NCBI GenBank assembly: GCA_963677595.1
Contig: OY782041.1
Coordinates: forward strand, 2,560,001 to 2,624,000
Length of the DNA stretch: 64,000 nucleotides
Direction of reading: 5' to 3'
Origin: Spirochaetia bacterium
GTDB taxonomy: Bacteria; Spirochaetota; Spirochaetia; CAKZLE01
The notes below the pieces were generated by a model that was given only the letters and a program-made list of their open reading frames with translations, was not told the origin of the DNA and did not search any database. This document shows, one piece after another, positions 19,722 to 29,640 of the stretch. Position 1 is the stretch's first letter. Each line of letters opens with the position of its first letter. Position numbers and translations under genes: made by a program.

Positions 19722-20948
19722 CTAGGTCCTGTACTCACCGTTGATCTTCACATACTCATAGCTGAGGTCGCAGCCCCAGGCGGTAGCCTCGGCACTGCCT
19801 TCAGCCATGGTCATGGTCATGGTGATCTCGTTCTCTTGCAGGATGGTCAGGGCCTCCTCCTCGCTGAAGGGGACCGGTGTCCCGTCGGTGAGCAGCGTGA
19901 TGCTCCTGGCATCACTGCTGATCACCAGGGAAACCCCTGCAGGGTCGAAGGCGACGCCGGAGTAGCCGGCAGCGCAGAGGATCCTGCCCCAGTTGGCATC
20001 CTCGCCGAAGAAGGCGGTCTTCACCAGGTTCGAGGTGATGATCGACTTCGCGATGGTACGGGCATCCCCGACTGAAGCGGCCCCTTGCACCACGGCAGTG
20101 AGGAACTTGCTCGCTCCCTCCCCATCCTTGACGATCTGTTTCGCCAGGTAGGTATGCACGGCATCGAAGGCCTCCTTGAACTCCCCGTAGAAGGGGGAAT
20201 CCTCGGTGATCACGTCCGCACCGGATGCGCCGTTGGCCATCACGAGGACGGTGTCGTTGGTGCTGGTGTCCCCGTCGACGGAGATCATGTTGTAGCTCTC
20301 GCTGATGGAGGAACCCACCATGCGGGAGAGCAGCTCCTTGGGGACTGCTGCATCGGTCACGATGAACGAGAGCATGGTTGCCATGTTCGGGTGGATCATC
20401 CCTGACCCCTTGGCAAAGCCGGCGATCCGTACCGGGATGCCACCGAGTTCCACCTCGACGGCTATCTCCTTCTTGAAGGTGTCGGTAGTCAGGATCGCCT
20501 GTGCCGCATCGTCAGCGCTCTTCTCATCGGTGCCGAGCAGTCCCGCGATCTGTGCGATCCCCTTCTTCACCGTCTCCATCGGCATGGGGACGCCGATCAC
20601 GCCGGTCGAGCAGACACAGACCTGCCCGGCGGCGATCCCGCCCCCGAGCGCCTCTGCCGTCGCTGCAGCCATCTCGAAGCAGTCTTGCTCTCCCTGCTTC
20701 CCGGTGCAGGCATTGGCGTTCCCGCTGTTGATGATGATGGCGTGGGCAGTCTCCCCGCTGGAAACCACCTGCTCGTCCCAGAGGACCGGCGCTGCCTTCA
20801 CCACATTCTGGGTGAAAGCCCCGGCGATCTGCGCCGGAGTCTCACTGTAGATGAGGGCCAGGTCCTTCTTAGCCTTCTTGATGCCCGCATACATGCCCGC
20901 GGCCTGGTATCCTTTCGGGGAGGTGATCCCCCCTGGTATGATCTTCAT
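19722..20948 (-). CDS. argJ: Ornithine acetyltransferase
   Basis: KGSGMIHPNMATML autoproteolysis motif, DGDTSTND, INGEYRT. Confidence 0.95.
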   Translation of the reverse strand: MKIIPGGITSPKGYQAAGMYAGIKKAKKDLALIYSETPAQIAGAFTQNVVKAAPVLWDEQVVSSGETAHAIIINSGNANACTGKQGEQDCFEMAAATAEALGGGIAAGQVCVCSTGVIGVPMPMETVKKGIAQIAGLLGTDEKSADDAAQAILTTDTFKKEIAVEVELGGIPVRIAGFAKGSGMIHPNMATMLSFIVTDAAVPKELLSRMVGSSISESYNMISVDGDTSTNDTVLVMANGASGADVITEDSPFYGEFKEAFDAVHTYLAKQIVKDGEGASKFLTAVVQGAASVGDARTIAKSIITSNLVKTAFFGEDANWGRILCAAGYSGVAFDPAGVSLVISSDARSITLLTDGTPVPFSEEEALTILQENEITMTMTMAEGSAEATAWGCDLSYEYVKINGEYRT

Positions 20949-20961
20949 ATGGTATAGTCCT

Positions 20962-22005
20962 CTACATGGGGAAGCCGGGGATGAGATCAAGCCCGGTCTC
21001 TTCCGGCAGGCCGCAGATGATGTTCATGTTCTGCACTGCCTGTCCTGAAGCCCCTTTCACCAGATTGTCGATCGCCCCTGAGACGATGACCCGTCCTGTC
21101 CTCTGGTCTACCGTGAACCCGATATCGCAGATGTTCGACCCCTTGACCCAGCGGGTCTCGGGGAATGTTCCCGGCTGCAGGAGCCGGATGAACCGTTCGT
21201 TGCCGTAATGGGCCCGGTAGGAGGTCTCGATCATCTCAAGCGTCACACCCTCCTTCAGGGATGCATAGGCCGTGACGAGGATGCCCCGGTTCATCGGTAC
21301 GAGATGGGGCGTGAAGCTCAGGGTCACCGGTGTGCCGGCTGCCCTGGAGAGCTGTTCCTCGATCTCGGGGGTGTGTCGGTGGCTCGCTACCCCGTAGGCC
21401 TTGATCGACTCGTTCACCTCTCCGTAGAGGGTAGCCGTCGATGCCTTCCTGCCTGCGCCTGAGACGCCCGACTTCGCGTCGATGATGATGCTTTCGATGT
21501 CTATGAGCCCGTCAGAGACGAGCGGGGTCAGGCTCAGGATCGAGCAGGTCGTGTAGCAGCCGGGGTTCGCGATGAGCCGTGCCCCGGCGATCTCCTCCCG
21601 GTAGAGCTCACACAGGCCGTAGACGGCCTCTCCCAGAAGCTCCGGTGATCCATGGCCGGTCTTGTACCACTGCTCGTAGACTCCCTGGTCCTTCAGCCGG
21701 TAGTCCGCCCCGAGGTCGATGACCTTGCACGTCGCTAACAGTGAGTCGCTCACCTGGTGTGATGCGATCCCATGGGGAAGCGCGACGAAGAGCACGTCGC
21801 AGCGTTCTGCGGCCTCCTCGATGGTGAGGTTCTCGCACGTCTTGTCCATATACTGGAGCGCATTGCCGTAGATGGAGCTGAACGGTTTCCCGTCATAGGA
21901 CTGTGACGTGAGTACGGAGATCTCAGTCTCCGGGTGGTTATGGAGCAGCCTGATCAGTTCCTGACCGGTGTATCCTGTTGCCCCGATGATTCCAACCTGT
22001 ATCAT
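20962..22005 (-). CDS. argC: N-acetyl-gamma-glutamyl-phosphate reductase
   Basis: GATGYTG, NPGCY, SGVSGAG, IDNLVKGASGQAVQN. Confidence 0.95.
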   Translation of the reverse strand: MIQVGIIGATGYTGQELIRLLHNHPETEISVLTSQSYDGKPFSSIYGNALQYMDKTCENLTIEEAAERCDVLFVALPHGIASHQVSDSLLATCKVIDLGADYRLKDQGVYEQWYKTGHGSPELLGEAVYGLCELYREEIAGARLIANPGCYTTCSILSLTPLVSDGLIDIESIIIDAKSGVSGAGRKASTATLYGEVNESIKAYGVASHRHTPEIEEQLSRAAGTPVTLSFTPHLVPMNRGILVTAYASLKEGVTLEMIETSYRAHYGNERFIRLLQPGTFPETRWVKGSNICDIGFTVDQRTGRVIVSGAIDNLVKGASGQAVQNMNIICGLPEETGLDLIPGFPM

Positions 22006-22016
22006 GTCTACCCTCT

Positions 22017-22106
22017 TATGTATAAATATACAATCAAATTCCCATTTAGTTGGATAATTATACAAGATTGTACGGTTTTGTATAGCCTTTTTGTATAAAT
22101 ATCTAA
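22017..22106. promoter_or_regulatory. Putative ARG boxes (ArgR operators) upstream of argC
   Basis: TGTATAAATATACA (~22019), TGGATAATTATACA (~22051) and TGTATAAATATCTA (~22092) resemble the TGnATAwwwATnCA consensus. Confidence 0.7.
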
Positions 22107-22113
22107 TAATTTT

Positions 22114-22656
22114 CTACAGTTTCAGGTGCATATGCATCAGCTGCCTCGCCCGGTGGAGCTCCCGGACCTCGATCGCATCAGCAGTGATGATCCCGTAGGT
22201 CGCTCTCTGCCCGCCCCTCGGTTGTGCGATGGAGCCCGGATTGAGCAGGTAGAGGTCTCGCTCGGCGAGCCAGGAGGCCTCCGGGCGATGGGTGTGGCCG
22301 GAGATGAAGATGGCCCCCGGGGGGAGGAGCGGGGGGTGGGCAGGGGTGATCCGGTTCCCGTGGGTCAGGAAGACATGCCTCCCGGCAAAGGAGAACTGCT
22401 GGAACTCAGGCAGGGGGAAGAAGAGTACCTGCTCCTCCCAGGAGGAGTCGCAGTTGCCCCCGACTGCCGTGATGTGGTTCCTGAAGGAGTTGAGCGCCCC
22501 GGCGAGCTGCTCGCTGTACCGTGCGGTGATGTCCCCGGCGATCAGCAGGTGGTCTGCTTCCTCCTGTTCGTACCGTTCCCTCGCAGTGGTGAATGCCGCT
22601 TCCGACCCATGGAGGTCACTGATGACCATGATCCGCTTGTATGATGCTTCCCTCAT
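22114..22656 (-). CDS. YfcE-family metallophosphodiesterase
   Basis: SDLHG, GD, GNCD, THG, GHTH, NPGS. Confidence 0.9.
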   Translation of the reverse strand: MREASYKRIMVISDLHGSEAAFTTARERYEQEEADHLLIAGDITARYSEQLAGALNSFRNHITAVGGNCDSSWEEQVLFFPLPEFQQFSFAGRHVFLTHGNRITPAHPPLLPPGAIFISGHTHRPEASWLAERDLYLLNPGSIAQPRGGQRATYGIITADAIEVRELHRARQLMHMHLKL

Positions 22657-22848
22657 AGGGAGATGGTATGCCGGTTATGGAAAACTTGCAATAAGAGGGG
22701 ATGAAAGAAACGACTTGATTTCCCGCTTCCCGGCTACTAGAATATTAGATACAGACTGTTAAAGAAGTTATCTGGCACATATATGTCAGGCAACTCATCG
22801 ATAGAGGGGTGTGTTCACAATATTCCCCATATAAAATAAGGAGCAGGT

Positions 22849-23766
22849 ATGGCAACGACAACAACATTCACCGCAAGTGATGGCAGGACCATCACCTATT
22901 ACACCTGGATCCCGAGGAAGGAGATCAAGGGTACCGTGCAGATCGTCCACGGCATGGCGGAGCACGCCATGCGGTATGACCACTTCGCAACGAAGTTGCG
23001 AACCAAGGGGTATGCGGTCTATGCCTGCGATCTCCGCGGCCATGGGAAGACAGCGGAAAGCCCTGAGGAGCTTGGCTATTTCGCTGAGGAGAACGGCTGG
23101 TCGCGTGTCGCCGATGATATCTACGAGCTGACGGGGATCCTCAAGGAGGAACAGCCCGACCAGCCGGTCTATCTCATCGGGCACAGCATGGGCTCATTCC
23201 TGGCTCGGACCCTCATGGTTGCACATGGAGATGCCTATGCCGGCGTCATCCTGTCCGGCACGGCAGCATCCCCGGGACTGCTCGGCGTCATCGGCAGGTT
23301 CCTTGCATCACGGGCAGTGAAGAAGGATGGGGGGAAGGTCCCGAATCCCACGCTTGACAAGATGAGCTTCGGGTCCTACAACAAGGCCTTCGCCCCGAAC
23401 CGGACGAAGTTCGACTGGCTCAGCCGGGACGAGGCCCAGGTAGACCTCTATGTGGAGGATCCCCTCTGCGGGTTCGTATGCACCTCGAAGTTCTATGAGG
23501 ATCTCCTTGGCGGGCTGCTCTTTGTCAATGATGCCCAACAGGCAGGACAGATCCGGAAGGACCTGCCGGTACTGCTGATCAGCGGTGACAAGGATCCTGT
23601 CGGAAAGATGGGGACCGGGGTGAAGAAGGTGTATGAGCTGTACCGGGCTGCGGGACTGTCAGATGTCTCGATTGAGTTGATTCCCGGTGCCCGTCATGAG
23701 GTCTTCAACGAGACGGACAGGAATGACAGCGAGAATCTCTGTATCGCCTGGATCACCTCGCACTAG
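22849..23766 (+). CDS. Alpha/beta hydrolase (lysophospholipase-like)
   Basis: HGMAEH, DLRGHG, GHSMG nucleophile elbow, RHE. Confidence 0.9.
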   Translation: MATTTTFTASDGRTITYYTWIPRKEIKGTVQIVHGMAEHAMRYDHFATKLRTKGYAVYACDLRGHGKTAESPEELGYFAEENGWSRVADDIYELTGILKEEQPDQPVYLIGHSMGSFLARTLMVAHGDAYAGVILSGTAASPGLLGVIGRFLASRAVKKDGGKVPNPTLDKMSFGSYNKAFAPNRTKFDWLSRDEAQVDLYVEDPLCGFVCTSKFYEDLLGGLLFVNDAQQAGQIRKDLPVLLISGDKDPVGKMGTGVKKVYELYRAAGLSDVSIELIPGARHEVFNETDRNDSENLCIAWITSH

Positions 23767-24794
23767 ATGAGGACATAGCCGAGGATGGTGTAGGAGAGGT
23801 AGAGGGCGAACATGACAAAGCCCTCCCTCCTGCCTATCAGCGGTCTCCCGAGGGTGAGGAAGAGCTTGAAGACAACGAGGATCAGCAGCATGAAGGGGAT
23901 GTGGAACCAGTAGAAGTAATGAGGTACCACGATACCTCCCGTTGTCACAGCAGTCGATGCACCGATGACGAAGAGGATGTTCAGGATGTCGGCGCCGATG
24001 ACGTTCCCCACGGCAAGTTCCCCGTGGCCCTTGCGTGAAGCCTGGATGGCGGTGATCAGTTCCGGCAGGGAGGTCCCGAAGGCTACGAGGGTCGCCGCGA
24101 TGATGCTCTGAGGGATCCCGATCCGTATAGCAGTCTCCTCTACCGTCGGCAGCAGTACCTTCGATGAGAGGATGATCAGCGCAAGCCCGACGGCGAGCTT
24201 GACGAGGACGACCGGGACCGGTGCATGGTCATGCTCGGCGGCCTCATGCTCGATGTCGACCGACTCGAGCTTCCCCGTCTTCGCCTTCCTGAATGAGAGA
24301 TAGAGATAGGTTATAAGCAGGATGAGGAGGATGAACCCCACCCACTGGGGGATGCTCCCGTCCCGTGAGAACATGCCTGAGAGATGCGAATAGGGGAGGG
24401 CTATCAGGACGAGGAGGAGCCCGGAACCGAGCTGGATCCAGCTCTGGCTGTCGGTCGTGGACCGGTGGACCGGCAGCGGCCGGATCATGCTGGCGATCCC
24501 GATGATCAGGGATGAGTCGCAGATGACCGACCCGATGGCATTCCCCAGGGCGATATCGGGATTGCCCCCGACCGCGGCAGCCACGGAGACCGTCGCCTCC
24601 GGGAGGGTCGTACCGAGACTGACGATGGTCGCCCCGATGATGACTTTGGGTATGCCCCACCTCACCGAGAGCGTTACCGCCTCGTCGACGAGGATGTCGG
24701 CTCCCTTGCTCAGGGTTCCCAATGTTCCGAGAATGATGATGAATAGGACGATGATCGGCAGTTCCGATGTGAGTTCAATGATCCATTGCTCCAT
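23763..24794 (-). CDS. Ca2+/Na+ antiporter (YrbG family)
   Basis: Two alpha repeats GTTLPE...GNAIGS and GTSLPE...GNVIG. Confidence 0.92.
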   Translation of the reverse strand: MEQWIIELTSELPIIVLFIIILGTLGTLSKGADILVDEAVTLSVRWGIPKVIIGATIVSLGTTLPEATVSVAAAVGGNPDIALGNAIGSVICDSSLIIGIASMIRPLPVHRSTTDSQSWIQLGSGLLLVLIALPYSHLSGMFSRDGSIPQWVGFILLILLITYLYLSFRKAKTGKLESVDIEHEAAEHDHAPVPVVLVKLAVGLALIILSSKVLLPTVEETAIRIGIPQSIIAATLVAFGTSLPELITAIQASRKGHGELAVGNVIGADILNILFVIGASTAVTTGGIVVPHYFYWFHIPFMLLILVVFKLFLTLGRPLIGRREGFVMFALYLSYTILGYVLI

Positions 24795-24936
24795 AGTGAT
24801 CCTCCGGGATGCTGTTCAACCACCAATCATAGCCGCAAGGACAAGATACTTCAATACGGTTTACCGATATTTAAGTTGAATTGCTTTCCCATAAACGATA
24901 TGATGGACAGCAGGTGCACCGGGCACCGTATGAGGA

Positions 24937-26169
24937 GTGAGTGACCAAGTGAGTGCCAGACAATCGTCAGTATACCGTATCTACCTGTTCATCAAGATGG
25001 TGGCGAAGAAGTTCGACAAGGACAAGTGCTTCATCCTCGCATCGAGTGTCGTCTATGCCACCCTGATCTCCTCCGTCCCCTTCCTGGCATTCATCATCGC
25101 GCTGTTGACCGCCTTCGGGGCCTTCGATATCGCGAGGGAGGCCCTGCTGGAACTGGTAGCCCAGCAGTTCGGGGCGACAGCCGGGGGCCAGCTGCTCAAT
25201 GTCGTCGAGGGGTTCACGCGGAATGCGAGCAGCCTCGGGGTCGTCGGGCTCGTCTCCTTCCTCATCACCTCGATCATCCTGATCAACCGGGTCTGGGTGA
25301 CGATCAACCAGATCTACCATACGTCCACGAACCGGAACCAGGTGACCAGGTTCATCCAGTTCATCACCTTCCTCGTGGTCGGTACCCTGCTCATCAGCGC
25401 CTACTTCAGTGTGAACACCCTCATGAGTGACTTCCTCAGCCAGTACTATGCCCTTACCGCGTTCAAGTCCTTCATCGGAAAGGTCGGGCCGTTCCTGATC
25501 CTCTACCTGATCTTCTTCCTCCTGATCACCGTCATCCCGAACACCAAGGTGCGGATCCGGTCAGCCCTGCTCGGGGCCTTTGTCGGCACGCTGGTCTTCC
25601 AGACCGTGAACTGGGTCTTCAACCGGATCATCATGGGACTGCTCAACTATTCGATCATCTACGGCTCCCTCGGGTCGGTCCTCATGGTCCTCTTCTGGAT
25701 CTACCTCTGGTGGGTCATCATCTTCTGGGCGATCGAGGTCGCCTATGTCCACCAGTACCGTCCGGAGGAGGTCACCCGCAGGGGGCTTCCCAATCCGCCT
25801 TCCGAGCAGATCGCCTGCGGCTTCGACATCCTCAATATGCTGGCGACCAACTTCAAGCAGGGACGGGGGGCGATGAACACCCGGGACCTGGGACTCAAGC
25901 TGAAGATACCGGACCGCACGCTCTTCACCTATCTCGACCTGCTCGAGCAGTGCGGCTATGTCATCAAGATGGACCGGACCGGCAGGCATTATATACCTGC
26001 ACGTCCCCTGGATGATATCTCGACCGAGGAGATCGCAGCCGTGATCTACGGCTGCAGGGCCGATACCGAGAACATGAGCGAGGGGGAGCTGCTCGCGCGG
26101 CAGCTCTATGAGTCCGGAGTCGGCAGTCTGCCGAAGAAGACCCTCCAGGAGCTGGAACCTGACGAGTAG
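24937..26169 (+). CDS. YihY/BrkB membrane protein with C-terminal wHTH-like extension
   Basis: TM helices, IYGSLG motif, C-terminal LEQCGYV..YIPARP; start codon uncertain. Confidence 0.85.
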   Translation: MSDQVSARQSSVYRIYLFIKMVAKKFDKDKCFILASSVVYATLISSVPFLAFIIALLTAFGAFDIAREALLELVAQQFGATAGGQLLNVVEGFTRNASSLGVVGLVSFLITSIILINRVWVTINQIYHTSTNRNQVTRFIQFITFLVVGTLLISAYFSVNTLMSDFLSQYYALTAFKSFIGKVGPFLILYLIFFLLITVIPNTKVRIRSALLGAFVGTLVFQTVNWVFNRIIMGLLNYSIIYGSLGSVLMVLFWIYLWWVIIFWAIEVAYVHQYRPEEVTRRGLPNPPSEQIACGFDILNMLATNFKQGRGAMNTRDLGLKLKIPDRTLFTYLDLLEQCGYVIKMDRTGRHYIPARPLDDISTEEIAAVIYGCRADTENMSEGELLARQLYESGVGSLPKKTLQELEPDE

Positions 26170-26175
26170 GGGGGC

Positions 26176-26385
26176 TCAGCGTTCCTCATCCATGGCGGCA
26201 TTGTAGCCGAGCTCATCAAGGATGTTGATCAGCTTGACCGGCTGGGCATCACTCGTGAGCACCACCCGCTTCCTGTCGAGGTCCACCGAGATATCGGACA
26301 CCTCGGCAAGCCCCTTGAGGGCATTGGTGATCTTCTCCCTGCAGTTCTCGCAGTGCATATCTTCGACATAGAGTGTGTAGTTCAT
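26176..26385 (-). CDS. Heavy-metal-associated (CopZ-like) chaperone
   Basis: MHCENC metal motif, ~69 aa, GAGGAGG-like RBS. Confidence 0.85.
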   Translation of the reverse strand: MNYTLYVEDMHCENCREKITNALKGLAEVSDISVDLDRKRVVLTSDAQPVKLINILDELGYNAAMDEER

Positions 26386-26553
26386 ACAGGCCTCCTCTCT
26401 CGTTCTTCTATTGTACATCGTTTCTTCCCGATTCGGGAGTGTTTTTGTGAAGAGAAAACGATGATACTGCCAGGAAAATAGCATATGCTAATAATTGACA
26501 GGTTCCCGATTTTCCTGTAGGATGTCAGCAGAGAATCTGAAGCAGGAGCGATC

Positions 26554-27418
26554 ATGAACATAGCAGTAGCAAGTGGCAAGGGGGGGTACCGGGAAGACGA
26601 CCCTCTCGACCAATCTCACCCACTACCTGGCAGGAGAGGGGTATGAGGTGGTCCTCACCGACCTCGATGTGGAGGAGCCCAACTCGGGGCTCTTCCTCTC
26701 CGGGGAGACGGTCCAGGCGAGTCGGGAGGTGAGGATGGTCCCCCGGTGGGACAAGCAGGCCTGTACGTTCTGCGGGGCCTGCCAGGCAACCTGCAGGTTC
26801 CACGCGATCGTGAAGCTGCCGACCGAGGTGATGATCTTCCCTGAGATGTGCCACAGTTGCCATGCCTGTTCCGAACTCTGCCCGGCCCATGCCCTTCCCA
26901 TGGTGGAGACCGAGATCGGGACCCTGACCCATATGAGGAGTACGGCCTTCGATTTCATCGAGAGCAGGCTCGATATAGGGGAGGAGCAGTCCGTCCCGCT
27001 GATCCGCAGGACGATCGACTATGTCGGGGAGCACTTCAACCCGAACATCATACGGATCTTCGATGCGCCGCCGGGGACTGCCTGTCCGGTGATCGAGGTC
27101 GCGAAGCGGATGGACCTCATCCTCTTGGTGACCGAACCGACCCCCTTCGGGCTCCACGACCTCTCCCTGGCTGTTGAGACGATGCGCCATGTGGGAGTTC
27201 CCTTCGGCGTGGTCATAAACCGGTACGGTATCGGGGATGACGGCGTGGAGGAGTACTGCCGCCGGGAGGGGATCGGTATCATCGCGAGGATACCGAACGA
27301 CCGCAGGATAGCGGAACGCTACTCGAGCGGTGAGCTCGCATACCCCGGTCATGCCGGGATGCAGGAAGCATTAGCAAAGGTCAGGGACCGGATCCTGGGA
27401 GTGGAGGTGCGTGTATGA
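26554..27418 (+). pseudogene. MinD-type P-loop ATPase with inserted ferredoxin domain; +1 frameshift in G7 run
   Basis: ATG 26554 with AGGAG RBS gives MNIAVASGK; the G run at 26580-26586 has one extra G; GGTGKTT continues in another frame. Confidence 0.75.
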
Positions 27419-28287
27419 AGGAGATCGTCGTGATCTCAGGAAAGGGCGGTACGGGGAAGACCTCGATCACGGCAGCCCTGGGCGTGCTCGGTGCGGACTG
27501 TGTGGTTATCGCCGACTGCGACGTGGATGCTGCCGATATGCATATGCTGATGTCCCCCAAGGTGGAAGCCAGTGAAGGGTTCCTCAGCGGGGCGGTCGCC
27601 GTGATCGATGAGGATGCCTGCATCCACTGCGGCAGGTGTGCCCGGGTCTGCAGGTTCGACGCGATCCCCTATCGGGACGGTAAGTTCGTCGTGGAGCCGC
27701 TCGACTGCGAGGGCTGCGGCTACTGCGAGCGGATCTGCCCGGCACAGGCGATCAGGATGGAAGAGCAGGAGGTAGGTACCGTCTTCTATTCGGAGACCCG
27801 GTACTCCTCCCCCATGGTCCATGCGGCCCTCCATATCGGGGCGGAGAACTCAGGGAAGCTCGTGGCCAAGGTCAAGCGGGAGGCGAAACGCATCGCAGAG
27901 AAGAACGGCAGGGAGGTCGTCCTGGTCGACGGGTCCCCCGGCATCGGGTGCCCTGTGGTCTCCTCCCTGACCGGGGCGGACCGGGTGCTGCTCGTGACCG
28001 AGCCGACCGTCTCGGGTCTGCACGACCTGAAGCGCGTCCACGAGGTGGTGAAGCGGTTCCAGATCCCTGCTGCCTGCCTGGTGAACAAGGCTGACCTGAA
28101 TGTGGGGATGGCTGATGAGATCCATGCCTACCTTGCAGAGGAGCATATCCTCCACCTTGGCGATATCCCCTATGACGAGGCTTTCACGAAGAGCATGGTG
28201 GATGGGAGGACGATCGTGGAGACCGACGGGGACGGCAGGATCAGGGACCTGCTCCAGGCGGGCTGGGAGCGGATCACCGGGGAGTAG
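27415..28287 (+). CDS. MinD-type P-loop ATPase with inserted ferredoxin domain
   Basis: SGKGGTGKT, two CxxCxxCxxxC, DGSPGIGC, VTEPT. Confidence 0.9.
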   Translation: MKEIVVISGKGGTGKTSITAALGVLGADCVVIADCDVDAADMHMLMSPKVEASEGFLSGAVAVIDEDACIHCGRCARVCRFDAIPYRDGKFVVEPLDCEGCGYCERICPAQAIRMEEQEVGTVFYSETRYSSPMVHAALHIGAENSGKLVAKVKREAKRIAEKNGREVVLVDGSPGIGCPVVSSLTGADRVLLVTEPTVSGLHDLKRVHEVVKRFQIPAACLVNKADLNVGMADEIHAYLAEEHILHLGDIPYDEAFTKSMVDGRTIVETDGDGRIRDLLQAGWERITGE

Positions 28288-28460
28288 CCTACTTGGTAAT
28301 CGATTGATCGATAATGAATTGCATATGACCAGAGTACCTTGGGACACAGCAATATAGAGCAAAATAGTGTAGATAAACACTCATATATAGAATCGCTTGT
28401 ACAAAGGGAATATATGTGACACAATGTTAGGATAATACAAATCAGTAGAGGAGATTGAGT

Positions 28461-29555
28461 ATGAAAAAAGCATTGGCACTCATCTGTTTTCTCATGGTGC
28501 TGGCTCCGTTTGGCGTGTTCGCAGGAGGAGCTCAGGAGACGGTAGTCGCTGAAGATGAACCATTCAAGGTCGCATTCGTCTATATCGGGCCCCCGGGAGA
28601 CCTCGGCTGGACCTATATGCACGATGTCGGCAGGCTCGAGCTCGAGGCATCCTTGGGTGATGCAGTCGAGACGACATTCATCGAGAGTGTCGAGGAGGGT
28701 CCTGACAGCGCACGCATCATGGGCCAATACGCTCGAAACGGCTATGACATGATCTTCGCCACCTCCTTCGGTTATATGGACTATACCCTGGAATCAGCAC
28801 AGGGGAATACCGATACCCTCTTCGAGCACTGCTCAGGGTACAAGGTAGCTGACAACATGGCTACCTACTTCGGCCGGATCTACCAGCCGAGATACCTCTC
28901 AGGTATCGTGGCAGGCTCCATGACCGAGACCGACACGATCGGTTATGTCGCTGCATTCCCGATCCCTGAGGTCATCAGGGGGATCAATGCCTTCGCCCTC
29001 GGCGTACAGTCAGTCAACCCTGCGGCCAAGGTGAAGGTCGTCTGGACCAACACCTGGTATGATCCGGTCCTTGAGCGAGAGGCTGCGATCTCTCTGCTCG
29101 ACTCCGGCTGCGATATCCTCGCACAGCACCAGGATACCACCGAACCTCCCAAGGCAGCACTAGAGAGAGGCGCCATGAGCATCGGGTACGATGCCGACAT
29201 GGCCAAGTTCGTGGGTGAGTCGGTACTCTGTTCCCCGATGTGGAACTGGGGCCCGTACTACACCGAGACCGTACAGGCTGCTATGGATGGCACCTGGGAA
29301 TCACACCAGTTCTGGGGCGGTCTGACGGACAATACCGTGAAGCTCTCAGACCTGAGCCCGCTGGTTCCCGCAGACGTAGCAGCCAAGGTCGCTACAGCCC
29401 AGGCTAAGATCGAATCAGGCTCCTGGGACGTGTTCACCGGGCCGATCAGGGACCAGTCTGGTGCGGTTGTCGTTCCGGCAGGTGAGGTCATGAGTGACGG
29501 CGACATGCTCAACATGGGCTTCTTCGTCGAGGGAGTCGTCGGTACGATCAACTAG
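28461..29555 (+). CDS. BMP-family ABC substrate-binding protein (purine/nucleoside type)
   Basis: GDLGW..HD.GR, TSFGY, PIPEVIRGINAF, WYDP. Confidence 0.9.
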   Translation: MKKALALICFLMVLAPFGVFAGGAQETVVAEDEPFKVAFVYIGPPGDLGWTYMHDVGRLELEASLGDAVETTFIESVEEGPDSARIMGQYARNGYDMIFATSFGYMDYTLESAQGNTDTLFEHCSGYKVADNMATYFGRIYQPRYLSGIVAGSMTETDTIGYVAAFPIPEVIRGINAFALGVQSVNPAAKVKVVWTNTWYDPVLEREAAISLLDSGCDILAQHQDTTEPPKAALERGAMSIGYDADMAKFVGESVLCSPMWNWGPYYTETVQAAMDGTWESHQFWGGLTDNTVKLSDLSPLVPADVAAKVATAQAKIESGSWDVFTGPIRDQSGAVVVPAGEVMSDGDMLNMGFFVEGVVGTIN

Positions 29556-29586
29556 TATCCGGGCAGACTTCGAAAGAGTGAATGAA

Positions 29587-29611
29587 GATGGCGGACGGCG
29601 AGTCCGCCATC
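29587..29611 (+). terminator. Intergenic hairpin after BMP gene (terminator or mRNA stabiliser)
   Basis: GATGGCGGAC-GGCGA-GTCCGCCATC, 10-bp perfect stem. Confidence 0.55.
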
Positions 29612-29640
29612 GTTCGTTACGACCAGTGAGAGAGAAGCTA

